A stretch of 64,000 bases of DNA from Longimicrobiales bacterium (lineage in GTDB: Bacteria > Gemmatimonadota > Gemmatimonadetes > Longimicrobiales > Gaopeijiaceae): contig CAXXKM010000003.1 of NCBI GenBank assembly GCA_963664435.2, positions 416,001 to 480,000 of the forward strand, given 5' to 3'. How positions within the stretch are numbered: position 1 is the first letter of the stretch; each line of letters opens with the position of its first letter. The notes under the pieces are model-generated. The model saw only the letters and a program-made list of their open reading frames with translations. It was not told the origin of the DNA and did not search any database. Position numbers and translations under genes: made by a program. This document shows positions 10,031 through 21,729 of the stretch, piece by piece.

Positions 10031-10986
10031 GTGATCGGGAGGGAGAAGCGGATGCTCTTGCGACATTATCTCGAGCAGGGGATGCCGAAGGCCGAGATCG
10101 CGCGGCAGCTGGAGATCAGCAGGCGGACGGTGTACAACTGGATCGAGGCCGGGGAGCTGGACCGAGGTGCGGACAGCAAGGCGGTGAGGTACGGGCCCAG
10201 GCCACGGCGGCCGTCGAAGCTCGACCCCTACACGGGCATCATCGACGCGCGCCTGGCCGAGTATCCGAAGCTGAGCGCCGTGCGTCTGTTCAACGAGGTG
10301 CGGGCGGCGGGCTTCGGAGGCGGCTACGGGCAGGTGAAGCGCTACGTGCGCGAGGTCCGGCCGCGGGAGCCTGTGGAGCCGGTCCGGAGGTTCGAGACCG
10401 CTCCGGGCCACCAGGGCCAGGTGGACTTCGCCGACTTCCGGCTGCCGTGGGGCAAGCGGCACGCGCTGATCGTGGTGCTGGGCTATTCGGGGCGGATGTG
10501 GTTGAGGTTCTACGAGCGCCAGACGATGCCGGTCGTAATGCGGGGGCTGGAGGCGTCGTTCGCCTACTTCGGCGGTGTGCCGTCGGAGTTGCTGTTCGAC
10601 CAGATGAAGGCCGTCATCACCGCGCATGCCGTCCGTACCGCGCCCAGACGAAGGGGAAGGTCGAGCGGCCGGTCCGCTATATCCGGGACAACTTCTTCTA
10701 CGGCCGGGAGTTCGTGTCCGACGACGACCTCAACAAGCGGATCCTGCTGTGGCTCGACGGGGTGGCCAACGTTCGGGTCCACGGCACGCTGAAGGAGCGC
10801 GTGGCGGACCGGTTCGACCGCGAGAGGCCAAGCTTGAGTCCCTTGCCTCCCTGGCCCTACCGTCCCGTGGCGCCGCGGCACGAGCCTTGGACGACACAGA
10901 CTGAAGCACCGTCGGCGCCCCCCGTCGCGGAGGTTGAGCGCCGTCCGCTGTCCGAGTACGCCGGGATCACGGGAGAGATCTCGTGA
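10031..10986 (+). pseudogene. istA: IS21 transposase IstA, internal deletion and frameshift near 10620
   Basis: HTH, SKLDPY, RFETAPGHQGQVDF and LLFDQMKAVI, then a jump to RACRPYRAQTKGKVER in another frame. The usual intervening segment is missing. Confidence 0.88.
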
Positions 10987-11804
10987 AGGCGCGGTCCCGA
11001 AGCACGCGCATCGCGGCCCAATTGGCCGATCTGAAGATGCCCGGCGCCCTGGAGGCCCTCGATGACGTGCTCGCAGGCGTGGACGGCGGCGGAACCACCG
11101 CGGCCGAGGCCATCGAGTTGCTGCTGGTCGCCCAGATCACGCTGCGCAACAGCCAGCGCCTTGCAACCGCCATGCGATCGAGCCGTCTTCCGGCGATCAA
11201 GACGCTGGCGGACTTCGACTTCAGCTTCCAGCCCTCGGTCAAGCGGGAACAGATCGACTCGCTCCACGAACTCGGGTGCCTGGAACGGAAGGAGAACGTG
11301 GTCTTCCTCGGCCCGCCCGGCGTCGGCAAGACGCACCTCGCGATCAGCCTGGCCATCACCGCAGCCGAGAGCGGCCGCCGAGTCTACTACGGAACGCGGG
11401 CCGACCTCATCGACTCCCTCGAAGAGGCCCCGGCCGCCGGCCGGCTCAACCACCGGCTCAAGACCCTCACCCACCCGGCGCTCCTGGTCGTGGACGAGAT
11501 CGGCTACCTCCCGGTCACCCGCAGCGGCGCCATCCTGTTCTTCCAACTCGTCAACCGCCGCTACGAGCATGCCTCGACCGTGGTCACCTCGAACAAGGGC
11601 TTCGAGCAGTGGGGCGAGATCCTGCACGACGAGGTCATGGGCGCCGCGCTGCTGGACCGGCTGCTCCACCGCTGCCACATCGTCAACATCCGCGGCAACA
11701 GCTACCGGATGCGACGCCACATGGAACTCTCCAAGGCCATCCACCCGACGGCCTCCCGCGCCGTCTCCGCGGAGCACGCCGGCAACGGGGAAACAGGGTC
11801 ATGA
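10983..11804 (+). CDS. istB: IS21 helper ATPase IstB
   Basis: KTLADFDFSFQP, GPPGVGKTHLA, LLVVDEIGY, TSNKGF, LLDRLLH, GNSYR. Confidence 0.93.
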   Translation: MKARSRSTRIAAQLADLKMPGALEALDDVLAGVDGGGTTAAEAIELLLVAQITLRNSQRLATAMRSSRLPAIKTLADFDFSFQPSVKREQIDSLHELGCLERKENVVFLGPPGVGKTHLAISLAITAAESGRRVYYGTRADLIDSLEEAPAAGRLNHRLKTLTHPALLVVDEIGYLPVTRSGAILFFQLVNRRYEHASTVVTSNKGFEQWGEILHDEVMGAALLDRLLHRCHIVNIRGNSYRMRRHMELSKAIHPTASRAVSAEHAGNGETGS

Positions 11805-11952
11805 CAGGTGTCCGGACTCCATCGGGAGCCCCCGCTCCGGTCGCTTCGCTTCCTGCGCGGCGGCTCCCGAAAAGTGTACATTTTTCAATGGCCAGAAGTG
11901 TGCACTTTTCGGTGGCCATTGACACATATTGCACGAAGCGGCCATCCAGACA

Positions 11953-12822
11953 CTATCCGCTGCTCCGAAGACCGTCCAAAGCTCCCAAGAACTCTAACCT
12001 GACCGCATTCCACTCGTGATGTGACTGTACCACCGGACACCAAAACCGCACCGAGTCAGCTGCGGCGTCGAAACCCTCCATGGGAAACGTCAAGACACCC
12101 TTCAGTTCGATGCCCAGCGTGTCACGGCCGACGTAGTGTGAGGTCACGTAGTCGTGAGCCGGGCTCCATCCTTCGCGCACTCGCACTTCACTCTCGTTCA
12201 ATCGATCCCTGAGGCGCTGCCCTACCGACCTGAGGCGTTCCTGAACTAGGCCCGCGACCAGATTCCGTGGCCGCTCCTGCAACGTTTCTTCAACTTCCGC
12301 CAGGGTTTCATAGCTTCCCCTAGTGCTTCGGAGCAACTCATCGCGCTCCGCGTCGGTATCGAGTTCAGGCAACGGCTGCCACCCCATAGTACCGTCCAAG
12401 AACCACCCGCCGTGCGTCGGAGTCGCCCTATACTGCCAAGCGTACACTCTTGCGTCCACCGCCATGCGCGCGACATCCAATAATCCGAGTTGGCCGCTAA
12501 GCTCTTCGAACGCCGCTTCATCGCTTGATGTCAAGGACGTGTCCGGCATGGCTACTTGGAAAAAGACTCCGTCCGTGGTAGAGAGGGGTTCGCTATTCTC
12601 ATTCACCTGACACCAGTATCCCAAGGTGACGGGAATGGTATCGCGCCCGGCGGTCAGCAACTGCGTCGGGCCAAAGGAACGAAACATCCCCGTTCTAGCC
12701 CCGGTGAGATCATCTACCTCGGCCTGTACTGAGCCCGGCCAAGGGATCCGGCTTGGGCGGCCATCCGCGCAGCTAGACGCTACTATGACGAGGGCGGCCA
12801 GCGCCGGTACTACACTCCTCAT
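11953..12822 (-). CDS. Hypothetical lipoprotein
   Basis: 289 aa ORF with signal peptide/lipobox (LVIVASSC) and GGAG... context. No recognised domain. Confidence 0.6.
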   Translation of the reverse strand: MRSVVPALAALVIVASSCADGRPSRIPWPGSVQAEVDDLTGARTGMFRSFGPTQLLTAGRDTIPVTLGYWCQVNENSEPLSTTDGVFFQVAMPDTSLTSSDEAAFEELSGQLGLLDVARMAVDARVYAWQYRATPTHGGWFLDGTMGWQPLPELDTDAERDELLRSTRGSYETLAEVEETLQERPRNLVAGLVQERLRSVGQRLRDRLNESEVRVREGWSPAHDYVTSHYVGRDTLGIELKGVLTFPMEGFDAAADSVRFWCPVVQSHHEWNAVRLEFLGALDGLRSSG

Positions 12823-13311
12823 GGAAGACCTACTGGGTGCTGCGGTTGCTCGGCTGGCTGTGCCTTCATGATTCCGGTTTCCCCTCGCCGTGGGCTCAGA
12901 ACCCGAGGCGGGGATCTTGTGAACATGGAGCGGTTCGCAGTTTCAAGTCAGCTTCGAACGACCTCAGCGTACACCTCGGGACGCACTCGGACAAGTGCTG
13001 CGTCGCCAGGGCCATCCTGCGGCGGAGGACGTGTCCCGCCTCTAGCGCAAGAAGGTGGTCAGAGGCACGGTCGGTCCCCTTGCCCAGGGGTCGGCTCGTG
13101 ATCCATTATCGGTCAGGAGGCAGCATACCTCGGAAAGGGCGGATTCCGTGCGGTTCGGGGCCGTAGGGCGAGTGTCCGTTCGACATCGGGGGGCGACCGG
13201 ACACGAAATCGTGTTTCCGACGGACAAGCCACCAGTCCGCCATGTCATTGGACGGCTTGCGGTTGCGCCTCTTCCGGACGAGAGGTCGTGACGCGCGGGC
13301 GCTGGCGAGTG

Positions 13312-13689
13312 TGGCCGGAGCGACCCCCCGCCCATGGCCCTTGACGTGCCATGGGGGAGGATCGGCATGGACACGCCATGCCATCCTCCGCGGGAGGTCG
13401 CTCCGGTCCAACGATCCTTTGCAGGAAGGCTTTCAAGGGCAGAATGGGGCGGGCGCGTTCGGTGCCCGCCGTCCGCGACCGCCGCGTCCCGGCCTGGCGC
13501 GGCAACGCTGAACAGCCCAACGTCCAGCAGGTCGGCGAACGGGTCCTCCGCCGCCCCGACGCGGCGCTCAACACCCTTCCGGGACGGATCGCTGGTCAGG
13601 GAGCGACCCGCCGGGGAGGGCGGCATGGGCTTGCACATGCCGAACCTGCCCTATGCCGCACTAAGATACCGAAAGGGCGGGTCGCTCCC
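13312..13689. repeat. Two related palindromic elements closed by GGAGCGACC/GGTCGCTCC stems
   Basis: 13317-13331 pairs with 13390-13404 (one mismatch) around two hairpins. 13599-13612 pairs perfectly with 13676-13689. Confidence 0.6.
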
Positions 13690-14206
13690 GCCACGGCCGG
13701 TGCGGCCCCTCCGGCAACGGACGGCCGGGCGCGAGGCCGCAAGACACCACCGCGCAAGCGAATCGACGGCAAGCCCGGGTTGAATCGCCGAAGGGCCGTC
13801 CGTGAAACGACCCCGCGCGTCGTTTTCACGCCGCGGTGCGGCGTAGGCGCGAGTGCCGGGGCATCGGCGACGCATGCTTTGCCCGCCTACCCCGCCGACC
13901 AGAGGCACCGGCCTCGGGACGAGGGCGCCTTTCGTCTATACGCTGTGCTCCACGTCCGGGTTTTCGGCGGGCTTTACGCCCCTCGCTGCCTGGTGCGGGA
14001 AACCCAAGAGGTCTAACGGGAGCGGAGCTCTCCCCTTGCCAGCCCGCGATGTTCAACGTCGCGTCGGCGGATCCGCTGAGGCCCAAATCACGGCAGGAGA
14101 TAACGTAAGTCTAACTGGGACTGCACGACCTGCCACTCTTGCCGTTGGACTGGACCCTGCTGGACCGTGCCGCGAAAGCGGGAAAACCGGACTCGAATGG
14201 CGGGAA

Positions 14207-17200
14207 TCACCGAACCTCCGATTCTACGTCTTCTTGCCGAACTATCATATCGGAGTGTCGCGGTTCTCTTTCCGCACACTGCGCCCACATGTCAGCATAG
14301 AAGCCGTATCGAAGCTGGCCGCGATTCCGCGTCCATGGGATGGGAAAGACTCGCGGATTATCCGTCTCCGTGCGATCGACTACATAGAGCCAGTATTCCA
14401 GTTCGTCCTCTGTGTGCTGGAGGGCGTCCTCCACCTGGCGCGCGGTAAGAAGCACGCTCGCATCCTCCGCGAAATCCCCCTTGACACCCTTCACTTCGAT
14501 GCGTCGCTGCCGCCCCGTCACGGGGTCGTCGCTGAGAACATCGAAGCCCGGTTGACCGGCTGGCATTTCCTTAGCCGGGCGTTTGTGCCGTATCTCGTAC
14601 TTGACCACGGCAGCGCGCGCCTTCTTATCGTCCTTCGGTGGAGTACTGGTCTTGGTTGGCTCGACCGCATCCGAGCCCCCCGCACCGGACACCGAGGACG
14701 CCCTTCCCTGATTCCTGGCGATGAGAATCGCGAATTGGTCTGCTGCGGGGCTCGAATCAGGCGCTGTCCTTTTCGATTGGGTGGCCCGACCCTTGGGTGC
14801 GACCCTGCGGCTTTGGTCGTCGGGCGGTTCCCGACCCGAATCCGGGCCAGCTCGAGTCGTGCCTGCTGGCTCCGGATCAACGGGACCTGTCGGCAGGGGT
14901 TCTCTCGTGTCTGTCTCAGGTCTATCGATCGTTGGCTCCGGTACGGACAACCCGAGGCCGCTGGCGAGCACTTTCAGATTCTCAGAAAACCGTTCATCCT
15001 CCGCAAGGGAACCAAGCGCTGCCGTGAGCCGCGGTATCGAGTTACCTCGCTGTCCCAACTGGAAATGCTCGACGAGTTGCTCAGCCGCTTCCGTACCGAA
15101 GGTCGCTGGAGTCCCAGTGACCATGAGTTCATCATGGACGAGATAGGCGGTGACTTGGTGCCTCTCGCCTTCGACCCACAACGCAAGGTGTAGGCGGCAG
15201 GTAATCCTGCTCAGGGGTTGGCGACCCTCAAGGGTGCCAAGAGCCACCACAAGTCTCTTTAGATTACCCATCCACGGCGGTCGGGGAAGCTCACGTCCTT
15301 TACTTATCTTGATCTTGGTCGAAAGGCACGCGATCCCAAGTTCGGCCGCAACGAGGCGAATCTGTTCTGGGACACCTCCGAGGTGTGCGGCCGAGATGGC
15401 TACCCGGTTGGCTGTAAGCAGTTGGCGAATGAAGGGGGATCGGACATCATCGACCACGAGTGAGTCGCTGATCTCATGCCAACGACCCTTGCCATAGAGC
15501 CGAGCCTCTTGCTTTGCGTCGCGCCAGACTCCACGGTCCAGATCGTCGCGCTCCAAGTCTTGAAGGACGTAGCGATACGCGGACGCTGTGTGGGCTCGGA
15601 TCTCATCCACGGACTTCGGCCTAAGTCTCCAGCATTCAGAGAGATATCCGAGAGCCTGCTGGCCCGTGGTTGTCCTGGGCAGCTCGATCTCAATTCGATC
15701 CACCGCCGCAGCCAAACCCGCCTCGACAGAGGAAAGCGCCACGACCCATCCGCCGAGGTCACTTCGCGTCCCGGGACGACCAGCCTCTCGCACTACACGC
15801 TCCAGTGGGACGCCGCGTAGCTTCACGGAGCGAAACGTGGCTATCAGTTCATCGCGCGTCACGTTGCCCGCCTCGATCTCTGCCAGCGCCTCTTCGAGCA
15901 AACCCGCCAGATCGGCGTCCGGCAAGTTAGATGAGCCTCGCTTCTCCAACCGGCGCAGCACGGGAGAGAGAGATGTCGGCGCCGAAACGAACCCCTTCCT
16001 GCTTCAAGCGGTTCGCTAAGTCCGGGTCGATACGCGCGAGGGGCGCATCTTCGTAGTCGGGGTCGGCGTCGAGTAGCAAATCTGCGGGCTTCCTGCGTTG
16101 GCCATCTTCACAGAGAATCCACGGAAGCTGCTCCAGTGCTTTAACCCACAGCGAGCGTCGTTCTCCGTCAGTTGTCTTCGGCCCACGGTAGCTGCTGGTC
16201 GCCTTCACCCTGCCCTTGCGCGCAAGAAGGGTATGTTCGCGTGAAAGCCACCTCTGTAGGGCATCAAGTGGGACGGTTTGAACCTTGAAGGGCAGGTCGT
16301 AGTCGAGCACAGTCCATCCCGACGCTTGCGCTGCACGCTTAATCCGGTCCAACTCGATCCCGAGCAGCTTGCCGACGGCCTGCTTGTCGTAGCCGACATG
16401 GACGCGCCGTTCCGTCAGGGTGGCGTCACCACGAACCCCAAGTCGTTCGATGAAGCGCACCGCCGCCTGCTGGTCGTCGATAAGAGCGTAGTCCTCCACG
16501 AGCGCTGGCACGCTCGGGAAGAGTCGGCGTCGATCCTCTCCGCCCGGCACGAGCGGATCCGCCAGCAATGCTGCGGATGGCTTGTGCGCACCACCCTCGG
16601 TCATGACCAGCGGCACTAGGTCTTGGCGGTTCGGATTCCGGGAAACGGCCCAATCCAGGAGTTCGACGAGCGGGAAGGCGTCGCCGTCTCCGGCATCGGT
16701 GCAAACTTGCCGAACGATGTCTTTCAACCGCTGCTCCCGGTGCCGTTCCTGCAGCCAGGTGACGCCTGGGTGGGTGCGATGTTGATTGACAAGCGCGCGG
16801 ATTCTCGGTGGCACGCGTTGTTCGGCGGCAGGCAAGAAGCCAGCGAGCGCCTCGGCGACCACAGCCCCACTCGGTTCCTTGACGGACGGCGGTTCTTCGT
16901 TGAGCCAGCACGTATCGTCGGCGCGGAGCCACCCGTCGGCTTCCGTAGGGACGACGGGTGCGTGGTGCCATTCCTGCTCGGAGACGCACGACCAAAGCGC
17001 AAAGAGCGCGTCGGTGTTCCCCTCCACCGCGGACCACCAAGGCGGTAGCGTGACAGTCCACTCTACGGCATCAGGATCGATGTCGAGTCCCCACCCAAGC
17101 CAGTTGGCGAACTGCACGGCGCGACTCCCCAAGAGACCTTCATCCATCAGGTCGCGGTCAAACAGCAAATCTGGACGCCACGCCGGGCGTTTTCCAAACT

Positions 17201-18503
17201 CGCTGAGAAACCGGCCGGGAAGGCGCACGATGTCTCTTGGTGTGGAGAATCTGGTTTCTGGGCGGAGAACCGGAACGATCTTGAGATCCCCGAGCAAACG
17301 GATGAAATCGCACCGTAGGGCACCAAGTACATCGGAGACCTCCCCTTCGAGCCGGGTGGGGTTAGACAGTATCCGGTAACCCCGGCTCATGGCGGATTCC
17401 GACTGCTCCTTCAGCCAAAGAAGTATTTCTCGCACAAGCATCGGGACTTGCTGCACGATTGCTTCCTGCCAAGGATCTCCTCTGATGGCCCGGAGGCTCT
17501 GACGTTCCAGGTTGACCAGCCAGTCCGCCTGCAAATGGAATCCGAAGGGAATGGACACCCGAGTCGGAAGTGTCGCGTAGACCCGACCTTGGGACGGTGG
17601 GTTCGGTAACCCGTCCTCGTCCAAGGGCACGAGCGCCACGACGCTCCGCTTCGGCCGCTCTGACCCACTGGCCTCTTGGTACGTGAGGTCTTGGCGCGCC
17701 TCCAAGAACCGTCGCATCGCGGCGTCATCCGGGCGATAGCATGACACGAAGAATCGCCACCGCCGAGAGAGCCCATCGGGCGCGCGACGAACTTCGACCA
17801 CTCCGTCCCGCACCGAGAGGTCCCAAGTGACATCGTCAATGCACACCTGCTCCAAGCCCCGCAACGCGAGCACGGACAACGGAGTTGGGTCGTCTGGGGA
17901 CGCTAGGCGCGCTAGGTCGTCGGCCAAGCGGGCCGCCGGGGCTACGGGACGAGTAAGGTGAAAGGCGGTAGTGTAACCAGCATCGGGATCGAGCCGCTCA
18001 CGGTCCCAGTGTGGCTGTAGGGCGTCGAACCAGTCAGAGACCGTGGCGCCGAGCGCCCCGTGGCGCTTTCCGATGTCGAACCTAATGCGCCAGCCGAAAC
18101 CCGAAATCCGCGCTGTTCGAAACCGATTGAAGACTGACTTGAATCCAACTCCCATGAACCCGATGGCGTCCTGCCCCTTGGTCGAAGCACCAATCGAAGA
18201 CAGCCCATCCACACCAGGTTCGTCCAACGCAGCGTCCCCATCATGCTGGAACAACAGCGACCCACCGTTGGTCCTCCAGTAGATTCGTCGAGCACCCGCA
18301 TCGATTGCGTTCTGTGACAAGTCGTAGACGTAGGCCCACGGGTGCGGGTGTCCGGCAGCGAGCATGGTCTCGACCATCTTGCGTGCAGGTGGGCCAAAGT
18401 GCTCGTCGTTCTCGCGGCGCACCTGCTCGACGAAGGCGCGCCGTTCCCGCTCGCCTACATTCACTGTCACGCCCCGGTCCTTCCCAGACGTTACCTCGCT
18501 CAT
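14207..18503 (-). pseudogene. Sacsin-like GHKL ATPase with C-terminal DUF3883/NOV-C nuclease-like domain, split at a (TC)5 tract
   Basis: ORF 15927-18503 has YDLSQNAIDA, FQHDG, IGFMGVGFKSVF and LPT..PFGFHLQADW. ORF 14207-15961 ends GFDVLS..RRIEVKG..LTARQ..YWLYVV. Adding 2 nt at 15964-15973 fuses them. Confidence 0.8.
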
Positions 18504-19764
18504 GAGCCCTGCTCGGGGGAAGGACGTGGTGGATCAGTCGGATGCAGCATGCCGCCCCTCCGGCTGAAGAGCCCCCACGGCGCACGGCCTCCTCCCCTTG
18601 GTTCGAATGCAGGTCGGTGACCCGCCGGAGGCTGGCGGTCGGGAGTTCGAAGACCTCGATGCCGAACCGACCCTTCCCAACGAAAGGGCCTTTGGCCGTG
18701 CGGTCATCGCCTTACTGGGAGGAGTTTCGAGGTCACAGAGCATGGGGGATGGCATGGTCAAGGTTCAGCGGGTGGAGACTCAAGCAACCAACCTAAACGT
18801 AGCTGGGGCAGCGGTGCGTGGGCATCCCTCAGCCCGCCGCTGGGTGGTAGGGAGAGGACGACTCGCTCGGAATACCGAGAGGAGAGGAATGGTCGGGGTG
18901 TATCCGCCGTCTACCGGCGGGCGCGCCCAATGTCCGGTGCCTATCCGGGCCACCACTAATCGAGCTTGTGAGAACCGTTAGGGTGTTCGCCGAAGCGTCG
19001 ACGGGGGCGTTCCGACAAGCCGCTGGCGACGGCATCCGACGAGGCTGAGACCTCCTGACACGACCTCGAACGTTCTGGAACAGTGGGGTATTTCCTACCG
19101 GGTTGACGCGCTTACGGGTCGCTCTTCAGCGTTCGGACATGGAGACGGTGAAGCAAGAGTTCAACTCGTTCGCGGGTGGGGTTCACGGACGCGCACCCGA
19201 ACAGGCGCCGCGTGGGATGCACATGCCGGTCGCGCGGAGCTTGGCCGCCGCGGAGCGCGCGCCCGACAAGACGCTGGCCGGACTCTACGGCGGCCGCGTC
19301 GTCAAGGTCGCCGGGGAGGACCACCGGCTCCTCGAATCAGACGCTTACCGGGCGGCGATCACGTCGAACTGAAGCCCTCGGGCTGAGGGGGGCATGAGCG
19401 CGTCGACGAGGCGGATGCCGCGCGTCGAGCCAGCCCGTTCACGGGCGCGGCCCACGGGGGCGTTGGGCGCTGTTAGGGCGTCCAGCCAGCCTACCCCTTG
19501 TCATACCGAGGGCGCGATCATGGCTCCCGCGGTAGCCGCCGTCGCCGCCCTCGGACGCGTCCGGCCCCGCCGTTCCGGACCTCGCCTTCGAGGACCCTCC
19601 GCACGGTGTCTTCGGCGGGCGCATCCGAGTGGCGCGCCGAGGCGAAGAGCCACCGGTTGACCGCACCGGATCTTCCGTTTCACTTGTTGTCGTCGAGTAC
19701 CCTTGGCGTAAGGGCCGATGATGTTTGGTGCGTCCTGATGCTGCTTCTACAGGGAGGGATCGCT

Positions 19765-20667
19765 TTGGATCGGTGGTGTAGGCGGGTCGAGCACGTTGAC
19801 AGCGAACAGGTAGTTCCAAACTGGTTCCGACAGATCGGAGCAACCGATCCACGTTTCGTCGGGGACAAGGGGAAGCAAGGCCCCCCCGATTGGGTAATCC
19901 AATTCGGGGGTCACACCATTGCGGTAGAGGTGAGACTGCTTCGCGACGAGACGAAGGGTTGGCCTCGGGCTATGGAGATGGGGATTGAGAACAAGCTTTG
20001 TGGACTCGTCGAGAAAGTGTCGCGGGAGCACGGCAGCCCGCTGAGATGGCACGTTTTGTGTGAGTACGCTCCTGAGCAGCCACCCCAGACGATGAGAACG
20101 GGGAAGTGGGCCAACAGGGCACTGGAAATCCTTCGTAGCGCGGCCTCGGCGGCTCCGGTTCAATTGATGGACCGCCGCTTGCTAGCCAAGGAGAAGACTC
20201 GCGACTACGGGTGGGGTGTTTTCTTGGATGTGACTGCGGTTCCCGCCAAGGAGAACTTTGCGCTAGTCCAGGTGAGCATTGGACAGGGCGATCTCGTCAA
20301 TAAAGTGGTTATTCAGAACGCATCCTCTGCCATCGAGCACAAGGCCAAGAAACTTCGTGACAGCATCGCCAGGGGCGAGCGTTCTCAGCTCTACGACAAT
20401 TGGTGGCTGGTGTTCGATGACGAAGTGCTCATGGCACCCATCCTCGAGGACGACGAATGGAAGCGCATCGACCAAGAGATTCAGGCGTGCCCAAGGATTG
20501 ATGCGTGGCGCAAGGTGGTATTGGTGAACAGATTTCAGCCTGTCGACACAACCCGGCCGACGAACAAGTGGTACCATGCCTTTTGGGAGGATCCTGGTCA
20601 CCCGCCGCTCCCACCCTCCCCGGCATGGGGGTCGTATCCGGATTGTACACATACGGTAATCACCTGA
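19765..20667 (+). CDS. Hypothetical protein with PD-(D/E)xK-like motif; extreme 3' end formed by an IS end
   Basis: GGGAGG RBS before TTG 19765, PPDWVIQ..IAVEVRLL motif. The last codons overlap the IS481-like end at 20644. Confidence 0.5.
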   Translation: MDRWCRRVEHVDSEQVVPNWFRQIGATDPRFVGDKGKQGPPDWVIQFGGHTIAVEVRLLRDETKGWPRAMEMGIENKLCGLVEKVSREHGSPLRWHVLCEYAPEQPPQTMRTGKWANRALEILRSAASAAPVQLMDRRLLAKEKTRDYGWGVFLDVTAVPAKENFALVQVSIGQGDLVNKVVIQNASSAIEHKAKKLRDSIARGERSQLYDNWWLVFDDEVLMAPILEDDEWKRIDQEIQACPRIDAWRKVVLVNRFQPVDTTRPTNKWYHAFWEDPGHPPLPPSPAWGSYPDCTHTVIT

Positions 20668-20878
20668 CACCCGGCCTTACCGAGGTCAGGTCCTACGCTG
20701 CTTTCTTCACCTCCTTCCTGGCCGAGGGTTTGCGGGTGCGCTTCCGGGCGATCCCGGCCTTGAAGACCGCGTAGGGCGTGCGTCCCTTCATGCCGCGGCC
20801 CTGGTGCGGTCGCCGCTGGTTGTAGGTCTCAAGATACACGTCCAGGTCCTTCTGCATCTCCTCGACGGTCTCGTACCC
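20644..20878 (-). mobile_element. IS481-family remnant (transposase C-terminus plus terminal repeat)
   Basis: YETVEEMQKDLDVYLETYNQRRPHQGRGMKGRTP..EVKKAA* followed by ...TGTCAGGTGATTACCGTATGTGTACA end. Confidence 0.75.
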
Positions 20879-20922
20879 TATAGTGCCCCCGATTTCTCTG
20901 GACAGTAGTCTAGCAACCCCAC

Positions 20923-21579
20923 CTATGCTCGAGGCCCTTCGGTGCCGGCGTTGTTTCCCGCACGGCTTGCCGCCTCGTGGGCCTTCCAGGCCGCGTAGGT
21001 CTTTGGGATGTCCAGCGCCTTCAACCGGTTCCACGTCCGCGTCGCATCGGCCATGGCGGCATCCTCCTCGTTAGCGAAGTAGTCCGCGATGAAGTTGATG
21101 TAGCGGGCGTGAGGGATCCGATCGTAGCGCTGCCCGCCGAGGCTCAGCTCCACATAGCGCCGCACCAGGTCGCCGTAGGTCAGTCGGCGGCCGTTCGCCA
21201 GCTGTTCCTCGCGCCAGCGGTTCAATCGGTAGCGAGCCCCGGATCGCTCCTTGAACGCCGGCGCGAGCCTGGCGGCTTCAGTCACGAGAAACCGCTTCGT
21301 TTCTCTGTCGTTGACGTAGTTGACGACGGGCAGATCGAGGCTCAGTCCCTTTTCCACGTCCCGCCGTTTCGAAGCCGGTCTGGGCCTCCCGGCCGGCGAA
21401 ACGATCCGTCCTGTTTCGAGGAAGGTGCGAATGGCCGCTTCCAGTTCATCCTTCCTCCAGCGTGTCGAACGGGGAATGCCGATCTGCGCGGCAAACTGCG
21501 CGAGCTCGGTCGCGTACCAATAGCCCCGGTCGAATTGGGCCGTGGTCATGGACTTCGAGAGTGCCGTCTTCCTCGGCAT
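20923..21579 (-). CDS. SAP-like/DUF6434-like hypothetical protein
   Basis: FDRGYWYATELAQFA..GI..KDELEAAI..FL, then LTYGDLV and YINFIADY..W..LK..PKTY. Confidence 0.55.
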   Translation of the reverse strand: MPRKTALSKSMTTAQFDRGYWYATELAQFAAQIGIPRSTRWRKDELEAAIRTFLETGRIVSPAGRPRPASKRRDVEKGLSLDLPVVNYVNDRETKRFLVTEAARLAPAFKERSGARYRLNRWREEQLANGRRLTYGDLVRRYVELSLGGQRYDRIPHARYINFIADYFANEEDAAMADATRTWNRLKALDIPKTYAAWKAHEAASRAGNNAGTEGPRA

Positions 21580-21729
21580 GAGTCGCCTGGTGTCCACTCG
21601 GGTTGGCCATCCACTCCATCGCACCGACGCCTACATGGCCAGGGCGCATCGGGCAGGGGCAGGCGCCCCAAAATGGGAGAAGCGGCCCTATGCCACCAGA
21701 TACGGATGCGAGTGCCACCGGCCTTCCTG

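Larger units (their letters stand above)
9876..11924 (+). mobile_element. IS21-family insertion sequence (decayed)
   Basis: Ends TGTTACCGGCC... and ...GGCCATTGACA with internal repeated sub-terminal motifs, enclosing istA and istB. No clear target-site duplication. Confidence 0.9.

Noticed and set aside
19103..19372. 89-aa ORF as a real gene
   Set aside because: No recognisable motif or clear RBS. It may be a fragment.
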